Of a DNA stretch of 64,000 bases, positions 56,301 to 64,000 are shown piece by piece. Origin of the DNA: Auanema rhodensis (Eukaryota > Animalia > Nematoda); contig OZ059897.1 in assembly GCA_964057225.1 (NCBI GenBank), forward strand, positions 22,320,001 to 22,384,000, in the 5' to 3' direction. A program made the translations under genes and the position numbers. Numbering within the stretch: position 1 is the first letter of the stretch; each line of letters opens with the position of its first letter. Under the pieces are notes generated by a model. That model was not told the origin of the DNA. It saw nothing but the letters and a program-made list of their open reading frames with translations, and did not search any database.

Positions 56301-59300
56301 CCGCATCTCTTTATCTTTCACGTGAAGCGAGTTACATACCAAGTGCACATCACGTGTACATTTAATTAGCATAAATTAAAGTTTACGTAAATTTCAAAGT
56401 CATGGTTACCATGAAGCAATATCAATAAAAATTTGTTTTTAGACTAATATGGACATGGGGAATCTAATTTTGAAAACCGCATCTCTTTATCTTTCACGTG
56501 AAGCGAGTTACATACCAAGTGCACATCACGTGTACATTTAATTAGCATAAATTAAAGTTCACGTAAATTTCAAAGTCATGGTTACCATGAACCAATATCA
56601 ATAAAAATTTGTTTTTAGACTAATATGGACATGGGGAATCTAATTTTGAAAACCGCATCTCTTTATCTTTCACGTGAAGCGAGTTACATACCAAGTGCAC
56701 ATCACGTGTACATTTAATTAGCATAAATTAAAGTTCACGTAAATTTCAAAGTCATGGTTACCATGCACCAATATCAATAAAAATTTGTTTTTAGACTAAT
56801 ATGGACATGGGGAATCTAATTTTGAAAACTGCATCTCTTTATCTTTCACGTGAAGCGAGTTACATACCAAGTGCACATCACGTGTACATTTAATTAGCAT
56901 AAATTAAAGTTCACGTAAACTTCAAAGTCATGGTTACCATGAACCAATATCAATAAAAATTTGTTTATAGACTAATATGGACATGGGGAATCTAATTTTG
57001 AAAACCGCATCTCTTTATCTTTCACGTGAAGCGAGTTACATACCAAGTGCACATCACGTGTACATTTAATTAGCATAAATTAAAGTTCACGTAAACTTCA
57101 AAGTCATGGTTACCATGAACCAATATCAATAAAAATTTGTTTATAGACTAATATGGACATGGGGAATCTAATTTTGAAAACCGCATCTCTTTATCTTTCA
57201 CGTGAAGCGAGTTACATACCAAGTGCACATCACGTGTACATTTAATTAGCATAAATTAAAGTTCACGTAAATTTCAAAGTCATGGTTACCATGAACCAGT
57301 ATCAATAAAAATTTGTTTTTAGACTAATATGGACATGGGGAATCTAATTTTGAAAACCGCATCTCTTTATCTTTCACGTGAAGCGAGTTACATACCAAGT
57401 GCACATCACGTGTACATTTAATTAGCATAAATTAAAGTTCACGTAAATTTCAAAGTCATGGTTACCATGAACCAATATCAATAAAAATTTGTTTTTAGAC
57501 TAATATGGACATGGGGAATCTAATTTTGAAAACCGCATCTCTTTATCTTTCACGTGAAGCGAGTTACATACCAAGTGCACATCACGTGTACATTTAATTA
57601 GCATAAATTAAAGTTCACGTAAATTTCAAAGTCATGGTTACCATGAACCAATATCAATAAAAATTTGTTTATAGACTAATATGGACATGGGGAATCTAAT
57701 TTTGAAAACCGCATCTCTTTATCTTTCACGTGAAGCGAGTTACATACCAAGTGCACATCACGTGTACATTTAATTAGCATAAATTAAAGTTCACGTAAAT
57801 TTCAAAGTCATGGTTACCATGAACCAATATCAATAAAAATTTGTTTTTAGACTAATATGGACATGGGGAATCTAATTTTGAAAACCGCATCTCTTTATCT
57901 TTCACGTGAAGCGAGTTACATACCAAGTGCACATCACGTGTACATTTAATTAGCATAAATTAAAGTTCACGTAAATTTCAAAATCATGGTTACCATGAAC
58001 CAATATCAATAAAAATTTGTTTTTAGACTAATATGGACATGGGGAATCTAATTTTGAAAACCGCATCTCTTTATCTTTCACGTGAAGCGAGTTACATACC
58101 AAGTGCACATCACGTGTACATTTAATTAGCATAAATTAAAGTTCACGTAAATTTCAAAGTCATGGTTACCATGAACCAATATCAATAAAAATTTGTTTTT
58201 AGACTAATATGGACATGGGGAATCTAATTTTGAAAACCGCATCTCTTTATCTTTCACGTGAAGCGAGTTACATACCAAGTGCACATCACGTGTACATTTA
58301 ATTAGCATAAATTAAAGTTCACGTAAATTTCAAAGTCATGGTTACCATGAACCAATATCAATAAAAATTTGTTTTTAGACTAATATGGACATGGGGAATC
58401 TAATTTTGAAAACCGCATCTCTTTATCTTTCACGTGAAGCGAGTTACATACCAAGTGCACATCACGTGTACATTTAATTAGCATAAATTAAAGTTCACGT
58501 AAATTTCAAAGTCATGGTTACCATGAACCAATATCAAAAAAAATTTGTTTTTAGACTAATATGGACATGGGGAATCTAATTTTGAAGACCGCATCTCTTT
58601 ATCTTTCACGTGAAGCGAGTTACATACCAAGTGCACATCACGTGTACATTTAATTAGCATAAATTAAAGTTCACGTAAATTTCAAAGTCATGGTTACCAT
58701 GCACCAATATCAATAAAAATTTGTTTTTAGACTAATATGGACATGGGGAATCTAATTTTGAAAACTGCATCTCTTTATCTTTCACGTGAAGCGAGTTACA
58801 TACCAAGTGCACATCACGTGTACATTTAATTAGCATAAATTAAAGTTCACGTAAACTTCAAAGTCATGGTTACCATGAACCAATATCAATAAAAATTTGT
58901 TTATAGACTAATATGGACATGGGGAATCTAATTTTGAAAACCGCATCTCTTCATCTTTCACGTGAAGCGAGTTACATACCAAGTGCACATCACGTGTACA
59001 TTTAATTAGCATAAATTAAAGTTTACGTAAATTTCAAAGTCATGGTTACCATGAACCAATATCAATAAAAATTTGTTTTTAGACTAATATGGACATGGGG
59101 AATCTAATTTTGAAAACCGCATCTCTTTATCTTTCACGTGAAGCGAGTTACATACCAAGTGCACATCACGTGTACATTTAATTAGCATAAATTAAAGTTC
59201 ACGTAAACTTCAAAGTCATGGTTACCATGAAGCAATATCAATAAAAATTTGTTTTTAGACTAATATGGACATGGGGAATCTAATTTTGAAAACCGCATCT

Positions 59301-62300
59301 CTTTATCTTTCACGTGAAGTGAGTTACATACCAAGTGCACATCACGTGTACATTTAATTAGCATAAATTAAAGTTTACGTAAATTTCAAAGTCATGGTTA
59401 CCATGAACCAATATCAATAAAAATTTGTTTTTAGACTAATATGGACATGGGGAATCTAATTTTAAAAACCGCATCTCTTTATCTTTCACGTGAAGCGAGT
59501 TACATACCAAGTGCACATCACGTGTACATTTAATTAGCATAAATTAAAGTTCACGTAAACTTCAAAGTCATGGTTACCATGAAGCAATATCAATAAAAAT
59601 TTGTTTTTAGACTAATATGGACATGGGGAATCTAATTTTGAAAACCGCATCTCTTTATCTTTCACGTGAAGCGAGTTACATACCAAGTGCACATCACGTG
59701 TACATTTAATTAGCATAAATTAAAGTTCACGTAAACTTCAAAGTCATGGTTACCATGAAGCAATATCAATAAAAATTTGTTTTTAGACTAATATGGACAT
59801 GGGGAATCTAATTTTGAAAACCGCATCTCTTTATCTTTCACGTGAAGCGAGTTACATACCAAGTGCACATCACGTGTACATTTAATTAGCATAAATTAAA
59901 GTTCACGTAAATTTCAAAGTCATGGTTACCATGCACCAATATCAATAAAAATTTGTTTTTAGACTAATATGGACATGGGGAATCTAATTTTGAAAACTGC
60001 ATCTCTTTATCTTTCACGTGAAGCGAGTTACATACCAAGTGCACATCACGTGTACATTTAATTAGCATAAATTAAAGTTCACGTAAACTTCAAAGTCATG
60101 GTTACCATGAACCAATATCAATAAAAATTTGTTTATAGACTAATATGGACATGGGGAATCTAATTTTGAAAACCGCATCTCTTTATCTTTCACGTGAAGC
60201 GAGTTACATACCAAGTGCACATCACGTGTACATTTAATTAGCATAAATTAAAGTTTACGTAAATTTCAAAGTCATGGTTACCATGAACCAATATCAATAA
60301 AAATTTGTTTTTAGACTAATATGGACATGGGGAATCTAATTTTGAAAACCGCATCTCTTTATCTTTCACGTGAAGCGAGTTACATACCAAGTGCACATCA
60401 CGTGTACATTTAATTAGCATGAATTAAAGTTCACGTAAATTTCAAAGAGATGGTTACCATGAACCAATATCAATAAAAATTTGTTTTTAGACTAATATGG
60501 ACATGGGGAATCTAATTTTGAAAACTGCATCTCTTTATCTTTCACGTGAAGCGAGTTACATACCAAGTGCACATCACGTGTACATTTAATTAGCATAAAT
60601 TAAAGTTCACGTAAATTTCAAAGTCATGGTTACCATGAACCAATATCAATAAAAATTTGTTTTTAGACTAATATGGACATGGGGAATCTAATTTTGAAAA
60701 CCGCATCTCTTTATCTTTCACGTGAAGCGAGTTACATACCAAGTGCACATCACGTGTACATTTAATTAGCATAAATTAAAGTTCACGTAAATTTCAAAGT
60801 CATGGTTACCATGAACCAATATCAATAAAAATTTGTTTTTAGACTAATATGGACATGGGGAATCTAATTTTGAAAACCGCATTTCTTTATCTTTCACGTG
60901 AAGCGAGTTACATACCAAGTGCACATCACGTGTACATTTAATTAGCATAAATTAAAGTTCACGTAAATTTCAAAGTCATGGTTACCATGCACCAATATCA
61001 ATAAAAATTTGTTTTTAGACTAATATGGACATGGGGAATCTAATTTTGAAAACCGCATCTCTTTATCTTTCACGTGAAGCGAGTTACATACCAAGTGCAC
61101 ATCACGTGTACATTTAATTAGCATAAATTAAAGTTCACGTAAATTTCAAAGTCATGGTTACCATGAACCAATATCAATAAAAATTTGTTTTTAGACTAAT
61201 ATGGACATGGGGAATCTAATTTTGAAAACTGCATCTCTTTATCTTTCACGTGAAGCGAGTTACATACCAAGTGCACATCACGTGTACATTTAATTAGCAT
61301 AAATTAAAGTTCACGTAAATTTCAAAGTCATGGTTACCATGAACCAATATCAATAAAAATTTGTTTATAGACTAATATGGACATGGGGAATCTAATTTTG
61401 AAAACCGCATCTCTTTATCTTTCACGTGAAGCGAGTTACATACCAAGTGCACATCACGTGTACATTTAATTAGCATAAATTAAAGTTCACGTAAATTTCA
61501 AAGTCATGGTTACCATGAACCAGTATCAATAAAAATTTGTTTTTAGACTAATATGGACATGGGGAATCTAATTTTGAAAACCGCATCTCTTTATCTTTCA
61601 CGTGAAGCGAGTTACATACCAAGTGCACATCACGTGTACATTTAATTAGCATAAATTAAAGTTCACGTAAATTTCAAAGTCATGGTTACCATGAACCAAT
61701 ATCAATAAAAATTTGTTTTTAGACTAATATGGACATGGGGAATCTAATTTTGAAAACCGCATCTCTTTATCTTTCACGTGAAGCGAGTTACATACCAAGT
61801 GCACATCACGTGTACATTTAATTAGCATAAATTAAAGTTCACGTAAATTTCAAAGTCATGGTTACCATGAACCAATATCAATAAAAATTTGTTTATAGAC
61901 TAATATGGACATGGGGAATCTAATTTTGAAAACCGCATCTCTTTATCTTTCACGTGAAGCGAGTTACATACCAAGTGCACATCACGTGTACATTTAATTA
62001 GCATAAATTAAAGTTCACGTAAATTTCAAAGTCATGGTTACCATGCACCAATATCAATAAAAATTTGTTTTTAGACTAATATGGACATGGGGAATCTAAT
62101 TTTGAAAACCGCATCTCTTTATCTTTCACGTGAAGCGAGTTACATACCAAGTGCACATCACGTGTACATTTAATTAGCATAAATTAAAGTTCACGTAAAT
62201 TTCAAAGTCATGGTTACCATGAACCAATATCAATAAAAATTTGTTTTTAGACTAATATGGACATGGGGAATCTAATTTTGAAAACTGCATCTCTTTATCT

Positions 62301-64000
62301 TTCACGTGAAGCGAGTTACATACCAAGTGCACATCACGTGTACATTTAATTAGCATAAATTAAAGTTCACGTAAATTTCAAAGTCATGGTTACCATGAAC
62401 CAATATCAATAAAAATTTGTTTTTAGACTAATATGGACATGGGGAATCTAATTTTGAAAACCGCATCTCTTTATCTTTCACGTGAAGCGAGTTACATACC
62501 AAGTGCACATCACGTGTACATTTAATTAGCATAAATTAAAGTTCACGTAAATTTCAAAGTCATGGTTACCATGAACCAATATCAATAAAAATTTGTTTTT
62601 AGACTAATATGGACATGGGGAATCTAATTTTGAAAACCGCATTTCTTTATCTTTCACGTGAAGCGAGTTACATACCAAGTGCACATCACGTGTACATTTA
62701 ATTAGCATAAATTAAAGTTCACGTAAATTTCAAAGTCATGGTTACCATGCACCAATATCAATAAAAATTTGTTTTTAGACTAATATGGACATGGGGAATC
62801 TAATTTTGAAAACCGCATCTCTTTATCTTTCACGTGAAGCGAGTTACATACCAAGTGCACATCACGTGTACATTTAATTAGCATAAATTAAAGTTCACGT
62901 AAATTTCAAAGTCATGGTTACCATGAACCAATATCAATAAAAATTTGTTTTTAGACTAATATGGACATGGGGAATCTAATTTTGAAAACTGCATCTCTTT
63001 ATCTTTCACGTGAAGCGAGTTACACACCAAGTGCACATCACGTGTACATTTAATTAGCATAAATTAAAGTTCACGTGAATTTCAAAGTCATGGTTACCAT
63101 GAACCAATATCAATAAAAATTTGTTTTTAGACTAATATGGACATGGGGAATCTAATTTTGAAAACCGCATCTCTTTATCTTTCACGTGAAGCGAGTTACA
63201 TACCAAGTGCACATCACGTGTACATTTAATTAGCATAAATTAAAGTTCACGTAAATTTCAAAGTCATGGTTACCATGAACCAATATCAATAAAAATTTGT
63301 TTATAGACTAATATGGACATGGGGAATCTAATTTTGAAAACCGCATCTCTTTATCTTTCACGTGAAGCGAGTTACATACCAAGTGCACATCACGTGTACA
63401 TTTAATTAGCATAAATTAAAGTTCACGTAAATTTCAAAGTCATGGTTACCATGAACCAGTATCAATAAAAATTTGTTTTTAGACTAATATGGACATGGGG
63501 AATCTAATTTTGAAAACCGCATCTCTTTATCTTTCACGTGAAGCGAGTTACATACCAAGTGCACATCACGTGTACATTTAATTAGCATAAATTAAAGTTC
63601 ACGTAAATTTCAAAGTCATGGTTACCATGAACCAATATCAATAAAAATTTGTTTTTAGACTAATATGGACATGGGGAATCTAATTTTGAAAACCGCATCT
63701 CTTTATCTTTCACGTGAAGCGAGTTACATACCAAGTGCACATCACATGTACATTTAATTAGCATAAATTAAAGTTCACGTAAATTTCAAAGTCATGGTTA
63801 CCATGAACCAATATCAATAAAAATTTGTTTATAGACTAATATGGACATGGGGAATCTAATTTTGAAAACCGCATCTCTTTATCTTTCACGTGAAGCGAGT
63901 TACATACCAAGTGCACATCACGTGTACATTTAATTAGCATAAATTAAAGTTCACGTAAATTTCAAAGTCATGGTTACCATGAACCAATATCAATAAAAAT
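47357..64000 (-). repeat. Same 176-bp satellite, reverse-complement arm (about 94.5 monomers; continues off the right edge)
   Basis: The sequence reads TACCAAGTGCACATCACGTGTACATTTAATTAGC..., the reverse complement of the monomer. Phase is kept at 47361, 48241, 50881, 53521, 56161, 58801 and 61441 (all multiples of 176 apart). Confidence 0.99.
47700..64000 (-). repeat. About 9.0-9.3 kb (51-53 monomer offset) segmental duplication within the reverse arm
   Basis: Private variants pair at +9328: 48655/57983, 49210/58538, 49259/58587, 49624/58952, 49992/59320, 50136/59464 and 51120/60448. The offset is then +9152 (51731/60883) and +8976 (54770/63746). Confidence 0.9.

Noticed and set aside
1-64000. 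CRISPR array or other repeat-spacer system
   Set aside because: Units are contiguous 176-bp copies with no unique spacers, leader or cas genes.
1-64000. Protein-coding ORFs or a repetitive protein gene
   Set aside because: The unit length is not a multiple of 3, so any frame cycles through all three phases. The monomer has many TAA, TAG and TGA triplets on both strands, so only short ORFs are possible.

Overview
The whole window is one AT-rich (about 32% GC by hand count) 176-bp tandem satellite array of about 364 near-identical monomers, typical of a eukaryotic centromeric or pericentromeric satellite. I could not identify the family or species. I found no genes, RNA genes, transposons, CRISPR spacers or unique DNA. 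About 269 monomers run on the + strand (1-47356). The array then switches abruptly to the - strand (about 94.5 monomers, 47357-64000) at a fold-back-like junction with 2-bp microhomology, a 17-nt asymmetric spacer, the only sub-monomer indel I could detect (5 bp) and a private SNV. Rare monomer variants used as barcodes show three things. First, the inverted arm does not mirror its immediate neighbour but begins as a reverse-complement copy of window positions 1-1214, about 46 kb away. Second, it contains a displaced mirror of about 42.9-47.2 kb and an internal duplication of about 9.3 kb. Third, the forward arm is built from nested higher-order repeats (3, 4, 6, 7, 12/13 and 16 monomers) plus a block duplication with about 21 kb offset. 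I cannot support a new gene-encoded system here. The interest lies in array architecture and the palindrome/E-box-rich monomer. All comparisons were made by eye and need confirming by alignment.
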